Source: Candidatus Omnitrophota bacterium (GTDB lineage: Bacteria; Omnitrophota; Gorgyraeia; JAFGHF01). Taken from it: a stretch of DNA of 64,000 nucleotides. Of the stretch, positions 35,531 to 45,000 are shown in pieces (within the stretch, counting starts at the first letter, position 1; every line of letters begins with the position of its first letter). The translations under genes and the position numbers were made by a program. The stretch is from the NCBI GenBank assembly GCA_016939375.1, contig JAFGHF010000034.1:13950-77949 (forward strand), in the 5' to 3' direction. Under the pieces are notes generated by a model. The model did not search any database. It was not told where the DNA came from and saw nothing but the letters and a program-made list of their open reading frames with translations.

Positions 35531-37315
35531 TTAGGGGTCTTGACTATTTCTGATTTGGTATTGGTAGAGTTTAAGCCTCTTGGAAAGGCTGGAAGTGTCA
35601 AAGCCTAATTCATTGGCCTTATTACAGTATTCTAACGCTAATGAATACTTATTGTTACGAAAGTAAGCCACTGCCAGGTTATAGTAAGCAGGGGCATAGC
35701 TAGGGTCTGCCGCAAGCGCCTTTTCATAGAAAGTTATGGCTTGCTCTATATCTTCGATATCTATATAAGCCAAAGCAAGATTATTATATATCTCTGCATG
35801 CGGATAACCCAGGGCAAGCGCTTTTTTGTATAATTCTATAGCGCTTGCGCTTTCCCCTTGCGCCTTGTAAATATTGGCCATGTTGTTGTAGGCCTGGGTA
35901 TAAGCCGGCTCTAACTCTATCGCCCGTTTGTAATAATCAACTGCTTTCTTTGGCTCACCCAGCGCCTGATATGCGACTCCAAGGTTATTATATAATTCCG
36001 CAAGATGCGGTTGTAATCTTAGAGCTTCTTTATATTGCTCGATTGCTTTTTCATGTTCTCCCCGACCAAAATATAAAAGTCCTAAGTTATTATGCGCTCC
36101 TGCACTATCAGGGACATATTTCAAGGTCCTTTTGTAGAAAGTCAGGGGATCCTGCCAATAACTATTCTGCGCAAAGGTAAGGCATGAATAAAAGCAGATT
36201 AATATAACCGCAAAGACACACCCTGCTCTTTTTTGTCTCTTGACCTCGACCGACCATGATAGAAACCGCGCCGCGATAAGGCACATACCCATTAATGGCA
36301 TATAAAGCCAGTGTTCGGCCATATAGGCATTGAGCGGATAGAGATTGGATTGCGCAAGAAGGGTTATAAGGAACCAGCCGATGGCAAAGAGAATTAAGTT
36401 GTCGTGCTTTTTCTTCCAAGCGACTAAAAATAAAAAAACTACTATGGCCATCCCCAACAAAGCCTGGGGATGAGAGAAAGAAAACAGCCTATTGCCATAT
36501 TCCGCATGTAGATTAACAGGCGCCAGCATAATTCTGAGGTAATTAGCCATGGCAACAAAAAATCCGGGGATCCTCTGTAACAGGGTGGTAGGATAAGCTA
36601 TATTGTAAAGAAGGGGCTTAAGTATAGTCATCCTTAGCGCGACATAGAAGCAAGCAATGACAACTATAGGCAGAAATTTTGGCAACTCACATCTCTTCTT
36701 AAAACTGTAATGGTAGAACAACAACAACAAAGGCAAAATAAGGCTGTTTTCCTTGGCCAAGAGAGCTAAAACATAGCTAAAAAGACAAAGCATATAAACA
36801 CTGATTTTTCCTGAGTGCATATTTTTAAGATAAAGAACAAAACAAAGCAACATAAAAAATGCGGCCAAGGGATCGGCCCTTCCGGAGATATAGGCGACTG
36901 CTTGCGTGTTAGGAGGAAAAACTACAAAAATAAGGGCGGTCAATAAAGCGAGCAATCTCTGTCCAAAAATAATAGCTACTAGCCAATAAAGCGAGATAGC
37001 TACCAAAATATGCAAGACGACGTTGCTCAGATGGTAGCCCATTGGATTTAGGCCCCCAAAGGAATAATCTATCATGTAAGTGAGCATCTGCAGCGGGCGG
37101 TAGGAATTCCACTTCTTGCCTGAGCCGGCCACAATGTCCTTGCTAAAGATACCCGATAGATTACGCCAGTCCTTTATGTAGACATTGTCCTTGACTAGAT
37201 GTAAATCATCGGCGATAAACTCTCCGTTTAAAGAACTGCTATACACAAGAAAGCCCAATATGGCTATCAAGGCTATATCTATGGATATAGTTAGTATTTT
37301 ACTTTTATTTTTCAT
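35531..37315 (-). CDS. Membrane protein with a PMT/TMTC-like multi-TM N-domain and C-terminal TPR repeats (putative glycosyltransferase-like)
   Basis: About 370 aa of polytopic membrane domain (DDLHLV...YRPL, as in PMT_2/DUF1420-type proteins), then at least 6 TPR repeats (NNLGLLYFGRGEHEKAIEQYKEALRLQP...). Confidence 0.55.
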   Translation of the reverse strand: MKNKSKILTISIDIALIAILGFLVYSSSLNGEFIADDLHLVKDNVYIKDWRNLSGIFSKDIVAGSGKKWNSYRPLQMLTYMIDYSFGGLNPMGYHLSNVVLHILVAISLYWLVAIIFGQRLLALLTALIFVVFPPNTQAVAYISGRADPLAAFFMLLCFVLYLKNMHSGKISVYMLCLFSYVLALLAKENSLILPLLLLFYHYSFKKRCELPKFLPIVVIACFYVALRMTILKPLLYNIAYPTTLLQRIPGFFVAMANYLRIMLAPVNLHAEYGNRLFSFSHPQALLGMAIVVFLFLVAWKKKHDNLILFAIGWFLITLLAQSNLYPLNAYMAEHWLYMPLMGMCLIAARFLSWSVEVKRQKRAGCVFAVILICFYSCLTFAQNSYWQDPLTFYKRTLKYVPDSAGAHNNLGLLYFGRGEHEKAIEQYKEALRLQPHLAELYNNLGVAYQALGEPKKAVDYYKRAIELEPAYTQAYNNMANIYKAQGESASAIELYKKALALGYPHAEIYNNLALAYIDIEDIEQAITFYEKALAADPSYAPAYYNLAVAYFRNNKYSLALEYCNKANELGFDTSSLSKRLKLYQYQIRNSQDP

Positions 37316-37352
37316 GTTTTAAATTGTGGGGCGGCATAAAAAACTCTGCGGC

Positions 37353-37946
37353 TTAATCTAGCATCTTGGCTATAGCCAGCATTATAGTGATGGAATTATG
37401 CTCATCTATTTTGGCGCTGTCTTTTTTATTTTGGGGCTTGGGAAAATATAACGGCTTGCCGATACGTATAGTTATGGGAGTGAATTTTATTTTATCGCGC
37501 CAACGGGGAAGGGCATAAAAGGCCCCTTGAATGGCTACCGGGACCACAGGTACGCCCGTCCTTCTGGCTAAGGCCGCTGCCCCCGGCCTTCCCGGGCCCA
37601 GGTTACCCGTCCAGGTACGCCTGCCCTCAGGAAAAACACCAAGCACTCCGCCGGCCCTGAGCGTACGAAAGGCATCTTTGGGTAAGTTATTCTCTACGCG
37701 GATAAAGCGCATATGTTTTAGAAACCATGTTCTTTTCGGCTGGTCGTAAAATTCATATACGATCAGCCAGCGTATATAACGTGGGATCGAGGCAATCATC
37801 AAGAAAGGATCCAGAGAACTGGAGTGGTTGGGCGCAAGTATATAGCCTCCCTTTTTAGGCAGGTTCTTAAGGCCCTCTACCTTTAGACGAAAAAGCATCT
37901 TAGCAAAAGGCTTAAATAGAATCTTGATTAACCAATATAAGAGCAT
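37353..37946 (-). CDS. plsC: 1-acyl-sn-glycerol-3-phosphate acyltransferase (lysophospholipid acyltransferase family)
   Basis: NHSSSLDP (HX4D variant) and FPEGRRT motifs; 197 aa. Confidence 0.75.
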   Translation of the reverse strand: MLLYWLIKILFKPFAKMLFRLKVEGLKNLPKKGGYILAPNHSSSLDPFLMIASIPRYIRWLIVYEFYDQPKRTWFLKHMRFIRVENNLPKDAFRTLRAGGVLGVFPEGRRTWTGNLGPGRPGAAALARRTGVPVVPVAIQGAFYALPRWRDKIKFTPITIRIGKPLYFPKPQNKKDSAKIDEHNSITIMLAIAKMLD

Positions 37947-38062
37947 AAGGTCTATGCTGTCCTTTTTTGGTTGTTGGTGTTGACGGCCGTTTAGCTATTA
38001 TTGGTACTTAGTTTCCTTAAGGTCTACATATATTTCCGGAAACCGGTACTCAAGGCTGTGGT
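37947..38062. repeat. Copy R2 of the palindrome-string junction element (between lnt stop region and plsC start)
   Basis: Reads TTGGTTGTTGGTGTTGACGGCCGTTTAGCTATTATTGGTACTTAGTTTCCTTAAGGTCTACATATATTTCCGGAAACCGGTACTCAAGGCTGTGGTT. The palindromes are ACGGCCGT, TAGCTA, CCTTAAGG, TTTCCGGAAA and ACCGGT. GGTACT occurs twice as a direct repeat, and copy R3 corresponds to a deletion between the two. Confidence 0.7.
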
Positions 38063-39538
38063 TGTTGCCAGTAGGGTTATAGCAATGCAGAAGTAGACAA
38101 AGATGTCCCCATGTTTAGTGTAAAAACTGGGCATGGAGCCTATCTTTAAGTCTTCGCTGGCCCAGCCTTCGGTTACTATATCCCGGCCCAGATAATCATC
38201 GACTCTTTTTAAAATCCTGCCCCGGGGATCTATGAAACAAGAAACACCCGTATTTGCGCTGCGGACTACGCTGACCCTGTTTTCTACTGCGCGAAATATC
38301 GAAGACTGTAAATGCTGATAAGGCTCTGCGGAGGAGCCAAACCAGGCATCGTTAGTCATATTTACCGCTAAGTTCGCCCCGCGCGAAACAAAAATGCGTA
38401 CCAGATCTGAAAACACGTCTTCAAAACAAATAAGGGCATTACATCTTACGCCGGGGACAACGCCAAATATCGTATACTCATCTCCCCGGCTAAAATTCCC
38501 GATCAAACCGGCAAAAGAAAAACGAGAGAAAAACTCAGGCCAGGGTATAAACTCCCCGAATGGGACCAGGCGCAGCTTATCATAACGCTGGAGGATCTCT
38601 CCGGAAGATAATAACGTGGCGCTGTTATGGATCTTTGAGCCCTCTGCCTCATGGGGCGTACCAAGCAAAAGATAGGACGGAGCAATGCTCTTAGATAAAG
38701 AACTAATTTCTTCTAAGAGCTCGGGTTCGCTTTCCAGAAACCCCGGCACCGAAGTCTCCGGCCAGATGATAATGTCCGGCTTATTAAAAGCGGCCTCTTT
38801 TGTCAAACGGCGATACTTGGCCAAAATAGATTCCCGAAAACGCGGATCCCACTTTTGCACCTGCGGGATATTACCTTGTATAACCGCGACTTTGACGCTT
38901 TGACCTTCTATCGGATGAAACAGCTTAAAATATCCATAAGCCAATGAAAAAAGCACGGGCAAGAAAGCGCAGAGTACAAAGATTGATCTTGCAAACCTTT
39001 TTTCAGTTCTCTGTCCTTTGTTTTCCAAAACAAGGCTTACTGTCTGATAAATCCCGACATTGACTAAGACAATCAAAAATGATACGCCATATGCCCCGGT
39101 GATATCGCTGATCTGGATAATCGGTAAAACTAAATATTGGGAATAGGCTAAAAGCGCCCAATTAAATCCCAGAATTGGCAGATGGCCGCGCACAAATTCC
39201 AAAACGACCCAGGCCGCAGGAATAAAAACAAGATTAAGCAGTCTAAATCTTTTGAATGCAAAAATAAATATACCAAAGGCTGCAAAATAAAACGCCAAAT
39301 AACACATAAGTACCACAAAGCCCAAGGTACTTACATAATTTATCCAATATAATGTGAGAGAGAAAAAAACTAAGCCTACAAGATAAGAGAGCAAAAAAGC
39401 GGACCGGGGATTTTTCTGTCTTTTAAGCGCAAAGAGCCAAGGGACAAGGGCAAACCAGGCAAAGATTGCAATACCGGGTTTAGGAAAGGCCAGGGTCAGG
39501 AAAATAGCGGATAAGATTGGTAAAAACAATATCATCAT
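38024..39538 (-). CDS. lnt: Apolipoprotein N-acyltransferase
   Basis: Multi-TM N-domain plus CN-hydrolase domain (VIQGNIPQ, IIWPETSVP, ICFEDVF catalytic Cys). The last about 13 codons are encoded by repeat R2. Confidence 0.85.
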   Translation of the reverse strand: MMILFLPILSAIFLTLAFPKPGIAIFAWFALVPWLFALKRQKNPRSAFLLSYLVGLVFFSLTLYWINYVSTLGFVVLMCYLAFYFAAFGIFIFAFKRFRLLNLVFIPAAWVVLEFVRGHLPILGFNWALLAYSQYLVLPIIQISDITGAYGVSFLIVLVNVGIYQTVSLVLENKGQRTEKRFARSIFVLCAFLPVLFSLAYGYFKLFHPIEGQSVKVAVIQGNIPQVQKWDPRFRESILAKYRRLTKEAAFNKPDIIIWPETSVPGFLESEPELLEEISSLSKSIAPSYLLLGTPHEAEGSKIHNSATLLSSGEILQRYDKLRLVPFGEFIPWPEFFSRFSFAGLIGNFSRGDEYTIFGVVPGVRCNALICFEDVFSDLVRIFVSRGANLAVNMTNDAWFGSSAEPYQHLQSSIFRAVENRVSVVRSANTGVSCFIDPRGRILKRVDDYLGRDIVTEGWASEDLKIGSMPSFYTKHGDIFVYFCIAITLLATTTALSTGFRKYM

Positions 39539-42500
39539 TCAGCTTCTCTTCCGCAACATTTTTTATATTTCTTCCCGCTGCCACAAGGACAAGGCTCATT
39601 GCGACCAATCTTGCGGCCTTCTCTTTTGAAAGTTTGCGGGGACTTTTCCTCTTGCGGGCCAGGAGCTGTTTTGGCTGGCTTCTGCTTTGCCACACCACGC
39701 CCTTGCCCGGCAGGACGGGGCAGATCTTGAATCCTGGCGCTTTCAGGATGGACCAGCCGCTGGGGAGTTTGAGCAAAGACCGTGGAAGCCTTTTCTTCCT
39801 TAAGCGGCTGTGCCCTGAAGACAACTTCCAAAGTCTCATTTTTGATGCTCTCAGTCATCTGCCTAAACATATCGTAACCTTCGCGCTGGTATTCGACTAA
39901 AGGGACGTGGCCGGCATACCCGCGCAGACCGATCCCTTCGCGCAGATGATCCATGCTGTATAAATGGTCTTTCCACTTGGCGTCGATCACCTGCAGTAAT
40001 ACGATCTGGGCAAAGCGCTGTAGATGCTCAGAGCCTACTTGAGCCTCTTTCTGCTCATAGGCCTGCTGCATCTTTGCCCTAATCTCTTGACTAAGCTGCT
40101 CTAAAGAAGAAATCTCCTCTAATCCTTCGACATTTAATAGGAATTTTGATCTAAGATGGCTTTTTAACCCTCTAATATTCCACTCCTGCGAATCTACATT
40201 TTCGTTGGCATAAAGCCCGACGATAGAGTCCGCCGTTTCTTCAATCATCTCTAATATATGTTCCTTAAGACTATTGCTGTTTAAGACCAGCCGTCTTTCG
40301 TCATATATCGCCTCTCGTTGGGTGTTCATAACATTGTCGTATTCCAAAAGTTGTTTTCTGATATCAAAATTGTGCTGCTCCACCCTCTTCTGGGCGGTCT
40401 CAATGCTCCTGGTAATCAGTGGGTGCTCGATGGGAATAGATTCCTCCCACTTCATAAAATCCATGATCTTGGAGATCTTATCCGAAGCAAAGATGCGCAT
40501 CAAATCGTCTTCCAAAGACAAATAAAATTGGGAGCTTCCCGGCGCTCCATGCCGTCCGGAGCGCCCACGTAGCTGATTGTCTATGCGTCGGGATTCATGG
40601 CGCTCGGTGCCTAAAACCTGCAGACCCCCCAAAGATACGATCTGCTCTCTCTCTTTGACATAGACTTCCATTTTCTCAGAAAGGATACCGATTTTCTCAC
40701 GGCTTTCGCTGGACAACGAAGAGAAATCTTTTATCTTGGTCAGGTCTCTGGACATGATCTCTTCTCTGGAAAGCAGGTTTATCCTGCGCAGGTCCTGTTC
40801 AATCACCTGAAACTCCTCTTGAGACCTCTTTATGTCCTCTAAAATCCTGTATTTTTTTATTTCCCCTATTACAGAATAGATTATATTTTCAAATCGGTTT
40901 TGCAACGTATCTTTGAGCATGTCTATTTGCTTTTTTGCCTCTCCCAGTTTGCGAGAATATGCTATCGGCCTCCACTTGCCCAGGACATTTTTTTTGATCT
41001 CTTGTAAACTGATGCCCCGGGAATCAAAATGTTCTCTGCCTAACCTTTCTATCCTATCCACAAGTTCCCAGAATTCCTTGCTTTGTTTAGTCAGATTTAA
41101 GAAAAATTCTTCGTTTGATTTAAAATCCCCTTCGATCCTTCCTAACTGTTGCTCTATTGTTTTAAGCTTTTCGCTGAGTCTATTCATTTCATCGCTAGAG
41201 ATCGTTTCATTGCTTGTTTGCTCTTTTTGATCTTCTTGCTTCCCCCCGCTGAGGAGCTCGATTTCTTTTGCCAGCTGGTCTTCCCTTTCCGCTATCAGCT
41301 CAACGGCCTCTTTCAGTTGCGGCTGCACCGTTTGACAAAACTCTACGAACCCCTTGATATTCTGTTGCATGCCAGCATAAAGCGTCTGCAAATAATCCAC
41401 CTTGTTTTTGCATCTTCCTACGATCTTATCTACGCCTTTCAATCTCTCTTGGTCAATATCTACCACAGAAAATATCTCTGCCAGGTTTTTTTGTTCTGCT
41501 ATAAGAATTTCTTTCAATTTAACGATGCTTTCCAAAGATGCCGCGAAAAGGGCCGAATAGTCTGCGTCGAAATTAAGCAGAAAGCTGCTGACGCTTTCCG
41601 CTTGTTTATCTACAAAATTACGATAGACCTTATCGTGTAAACTCGTCACGGCCAATAATCTGTTTAGCAGGTCATCGAACCTGTCTTCCGGTTGTTTTAG
41701 GCTGCTGATAGTCTTAGAGACTATTTTAAGCGAAGCTTCACAAATGATGTTTGCCAGGACAGCGTCTTTAAGCCTGGGGGGGTCGCCTCCCAGTTTGATG
41801 TCTGTCCCCCTGCCGGCCATATTGGTGGCCACAGTCACCCTGCCCTCTCTTCCCGCCTCAGAGATTATCCTTGCTTCCCTTGCTTCATCCTCGGCATTCA
41901 AAATCTCATGCTCTATGTCTCTCTCCGAAAGCAGCCGGCTTAGTTTCTTATTTTTCTCTACAGAAGTAGTGCCTACCAATACAGGCAAACCCTTTTTATG
42001 GTATTCGGCTACTTTATTGCATATGGCATTGAATTTTTCTTTCTCGGTCTTATATATGACATCGGGCGAGTCGTCACGGATAGTGGGTTTATAGGTCGGT
42101 ATACAAACCACGTCTAAATTATAAATATGGTAAAATTCCTGGGCCTCGGTAGCGACAGTGCCGCTCATGCCGGAAAGTTTCTCATACATACGAAAGTAGT
42201 TCTGAAATGTAATCGTGGCCAGGGTCTGGTTTTCCCTCTCGATCTTTACCCCTTCTTTAGCCTCTATTGCCTGATGCAACCCATCGCTCCAACGCCTCCC
42301 CGGCATAAGCCTTCCGGTAAACTCATCAATAATGACTACCTGGCCATGCTCGACTATGTAATCCACATCTCGCTCAAAAAGATTGTGCGCGCGCAGTGAT
42401 TGTTGGGTCAAGTGCTTTAAGGGCATGGTCTCGATCGTGCTTAAGTTATCGACGCCCCAAATGTGGGCAGCCTTTTTCTCCCCTTCATCGGTAAGAAATA

Positions 42501-43449
42501 CTAAATGTTCTTTCTCTTTAACAATGAAATCTACTCCCACGGTCAAATCGATCTCTTTATATTTGGCCTCGATCTCCTCTTTGTCGGTGATCTTTTTACC
42601 TTTTAACCTGCGGGCCACCTTATCCGCCTGATAATATTTGTCTGTGGCCTCTTCGGCAGGTCCGGAGATTATCAAAGGCGTACGCGCCTCGTCTACCAGT
42701 ATGCTGTCTACTTCATCGACTATGGCAAAATGGAACTCTCTCTGCACCATATCGGCCTTTCTGAACTTCATGTTGTCGCGCAGATAGTCAAAACCAAATT
42801 CGTTATTGGTCCCGTAAGTAATATCGCTGGCATACGCGGCCTGCCTTTCTCTGTCTCTCATATCGTGCTGGATCACCCCCACAGAAAGGCCTAAGGCCTC
42901 ATAGACCGGCCCCATCCAGTCACGATCACGCTTGGCCAGGTAGTCATTGACCGTGACTATATGTACACCCCTACCGCTAAGGGCATTTAAATATGCCGGA
43001 AGCGTGGCTACGAGCGTCTTTCCTTCTCCATTGGCCATCTCGGCGATTATCCCATAATGAAGTGTAAGCCCACCGATAAGCTGGACATCGTGATGGCGCA
43101 GGCCTATCGTGCGCCGGGCCGCTTCGCGCACCAGGGCAAAAGCATCAGGCAGGATATCTTCCAGGGCCTTATTGCGGATATCCCTGATCTTTGCTTTGAC
43201 GTTCTGTTTTTCCTTGGGATCGGTCATCTCGCTAAGCTGCTCTTCTAAAGCCTCTAAGGGCTCGCTAAGGTCTTTGCTTTTCTCTTCGATGCGCTTTCTA
43301 AATTCTTCTGTTTTATCGCGCAATTGCTCATCAGACAAAGCAGACATCTCCCCCTCAAGCATGTTAATCCGGTCGAGGACCGGCTTAAAGCGCCTGATAA
43401 TGCGCTCGCTCTGCGAACCACTGATCTTATTAAGCAAAAACTTAAACAT
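39535..43449 (-). CDS. secA: Preprotein translocase ATPase SecA, with a 370-400 aa coiled-coil insertion in NBD2
   Basis: Has the canonical SecA N-terminus, DEAD motifs, the C-terminal zinc finger CPCGSGKKYKKCCG, and an AAAGGAG SD 7 nt before the ATG. Motif V MAGRGTDIKLGG and GGLQVLGTERHESRRIDNQLRGRSGRHG lie about 420 aa apart, versus about 50 aa in E.coli. Total length is 1304 aa versus about 900. Confidence 0.95.
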   Translation of the reverse strand: MFKFLLNKISGSQSERIIRRFKPVLDRINMLEGEMSALSDEQLRDKTEEFRKRIEEKSKDLSEPLEALEEQLSEMTDPKEKQNVKAKIRDIRNKALEDILPDAFALVREAARRTIGLRHHDVQLIGGLTLHYGIIAEMANGEGKTLVATLPAYLNALSGRGVHIVTVNDYLAKRDRDWMGPVYEALGLSVGVIQHDMRDRERQAAYASDITYGTNNEFGFDYLRDNMKFRKADMVQREFHFAIVDEVDSILVDEARTPLIISGPAEEATDKYYQADKVARRLKGKKITDKEEIEAKYKEIDLTVGVDFIVKEKEHLVFLTDEGEKKAAHIWGVDNLSTIETMPLKHLTQQSLRAHNLFERDVDYIVEHGQVVIIDEFTGRLMPGRRWSDGLHQAIEAKEGVKIERENQTLATITFQNYFRMYEKLSGMSGTVATEAQEFYHIYNLDVVCIPTYKPTIRDDSPDVIYKTEKEKFNAICNKVAEYHKKGLPVLVGTTSVEKNKKLSRLLSERDIEHEILNAEDEAREARIISEAGREGRVTVATNMAGRGTDIKLGGDPPRLKDAVLANIICEASLKIVSKTISSLKQPEDRFDDLLNRLLAVTSLHDKVYRNFVDKQAESVSSFLLNFDADYSALFAASLESIVKLKEILIAEQKNLAEIFSVVDIDQERLKGVDKIVGRCKNKVDYLQTLYAGMQQNIKGFVEFCQTVQPQLKEAVELIAEREDQLAKEIELLSGGKQEDQKEQTSNETISSDEMNRLSEKLKTIEQQLGRIEGDFKSNEEFFLNLTKQSKEFWELVDRIERLGREHFDSRGISLQEIKKNVLGKWRPIAYSRKLGEAKKQIDMLKDTLQNRFENIIYSVIGEIKKYRILEDIKRSQEEFQVIEQDLRRINLLSREEIMSRDLTKIKDFSSLSSESREKIGILSEKMEVYVKEREQIVSLGGLQVLGTERHESRRIDNQLRGRSGRHGAPGSSQFYLSLEDDLMRIFASDKISKIMDFMKWEESIPIEHPLITRSIETAQKRVEQHNFDIRKQLLEYDNVMNTQREAIYDERRLVLNSNSLKEHILEMIEETADSIVGLYANENVDSQEWNIRGLKSHLRSKFLLNVEGLEEISSLEQLSQEIRAKMQQAYEQKEAQVGSEHLQRFAQIVLLQVIDAKWKDHLYSMDHLREGIGLRGYAGHVPLVEYQREGYDMFRQMTESIKNETLEVVFRAQPLKEEKASTVFAQTPQRLVHPESARIQDLPRPAGQGRGVAKQKPAKTAPGPQEEKSPQTFKREGRKIGRNEPCPCGSGKKYKKCCGREAE

Positions 43450-43469
43450 TTGACTCCTTTAATTCATTA

Positions 43470-43512
43470 AAAATATTAAAAAGCTGATGAAGGGGTCGCC
43501 AACCCCGAATCA
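43470..43512 (-). terminator. Putative intrinsic terminator after the ABC/DUF4340 operon, immediately upstream of the secA RBS
   Basis: Minus strand reads GAUUCGGGGUUGGCGACCCCUUCAUC (imperfect stem with GGGG/CCCC core) followed by CUUUUUAAUAUUUUUAAU. Confidence 0.4.
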
Positions 43513-43589
43513 GCCTTATAATAGAATACTACAATGAAGGGGAAAATGCAAGACAGTTATGGGAAGGGGCAAATAGACGAGAAGTGAGG

Positions 43590-44996
43590 CTATTCTTTTT
43601 CTGCCTCAGCCGGTTCTTGGGCTACTGGTTCCTGGGCCGGTTCCTTTCCTAAATCAAGCTCATCGAGCTTATCGAAAAGACTGTTAAAGACATCCTCGCT
43701 TATCTCAAAAAGCACTGGTTTTCCTTGCACTTGGCCAATATAGCTTTTCTCCTCTGCCTCTTGCTTAATATCGGCAAGCAACACCGAGACTTGGTCATCT
43801 TGTTTGATCTCTAGAGAATAGCTTGGTTCCTTTAGGCTAGTACCATACTCTTCTGTCAAAAGCATCCGCATCGGCCGAAACTGTTCTATTTTGTCTATGT
43901 AAGCTGTGTTTTTCTCTATCAGGGCCTTGTCCAGAACAGTCTCTTCTCCCTGCTTGTCGACAATTAATGACTGCAGTTTATCTTTATCTATCCTTAAGGG
44001 GTTGCCGATGAAAAATCTGCTTATATCAACATCGATTTTGTCCACATTATATCTGCGCAGCTCAAAGACATGGCCTTGAGAGTTTTCAAAATACCTGTCT
44101 TCGCTATCTTCCCTAATCTGCTTGCCTAGTTTCAATTCTATGATCTTTTCATCAGCACCAAGAGAGATGACCAGATAAGGCTGATCAAAGCCGTAGTCCT
44201 GAGCTTGGGGTTCCAATACCTTTGCGGCCCGGATATCATTTATACCCTTTAGAAAATCCTTTATCTTTTTGGCATCTAAATCAAATATCGGCTCTTCTGG
44301 CTGCGCTGCCCAATATTTCAAGTCTTTTCCCTGATCAAGTTCCTTTTTTACATCGGCAACGATGATCTCTCCTTCATCCTGGCGGCGCTTTATCTTGAGC
44401 GAATTTATTGATTCCACATCAATATTAGTTACGCTTAAATCCATCCATTGCTCGGCATTGAATTTTGCCTCTTGCGGGTCGCCATATATGCCCATCCAAG
44501 CAAGCACGTCTTTGTTCACCAGATATACGTTAGATGAATCGCCTTTCCTTAAAAACGAGGCGCCGAAACCGGGCCTTTTGCTGCCGATATAAAAAATCTT
44601 CTGGGGCTTGCCTTCCTTATCAAACATGCTTATAGAAAAAGCCTTTTCTTCGGAAATGCCAAAGTCAGATAATAATTCCGCAGAGCTTGAACGCAATTCA
44701 CCCTGCAGCTGCGAAATATCATTTATCAATTTTTCTATTTGGTCGTTTTTGGCCCTTATATCCCACTTCTCAGGGATTCGCCAAAACCCATCTTCTCCTT
44801 TTTCAAACCTTAAAATATCATCATCTCTGGATTTCTTTAATTCCAGAGTATAGATATCTTCCGGCTGCAATGAGATCTTAAGGCTTTCATATTCGACTGT
44901 CTCTATTTCCGGCTTAAATAATGTCTGTTTGATAAATAGCACCCCTAAAAGGACCAGCAATATTATGCCCAAAAATATAATATGTTTGATCTTCAT
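43590..44996 (-). CDS. DUF4340-like membrane-anchored protein (accessory protein of gliding-type ABC transporters)
   Basis: N-terminal TM (IIFLGIILLVLLGVLFI) with the remainder periplasmic, and an acidic PEPA tail. Sits directly downstream of a GldF/GldG-type permease, as DUF4340 proteins usually do. Confidence 0.5.
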   Translation of the reverse strand: MKIKHIIFLGIILLVLLGVLFIKQTLFKPEIETVEYESLKISLQPEDIYTLELKKSRDDDILRFEKGEDGFWRIPEKWDIRAKNDQIEKLINDISQLQGELRSSSAELLSDFGISEEKAFSISMFDKEGKPQKIFYIGSKRPGFGASFLRKGDSSNVYLVNKDVLAWMGIYGDPQEAKFNAEQWMDLSVTNIDVESINSLKIKRRQDEGEIIVADVKKELDQGKDLKYWAAQPEEPIFDLDAKKIKDFLKGINDIRAAKVLEPQAQDYGFDQPYLVISLGADEKIIELKLGKQIREDSEDRYFENSQGHVFELRRYNVDKIDVDISRFFIGNPLRIDKDKLQSLIVDKQGEETVLDKALIEKNTAYIDKIEQFRPMRMLLTEEYGTSLKEPSYSLEIKQDDQVSVLLADIKQEAEEKSYIGQVQGKPVLFEISEDVFNSLFDKLDELDLGKEPAQEPVAQEPAEAEKE

Positions 44997-45000
44997 CGCC

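Noticed and set aside
33904-38062. Palindrome-string elements as transposon terminal inverted repeats, and IS/MITE search
   Set aside because: No transposase, integrase or recombinase ORF anywhere in the window and no obvious target-site duplications flanking the copies. They are reported as repeats of unknown nature rather than as mobile_element.
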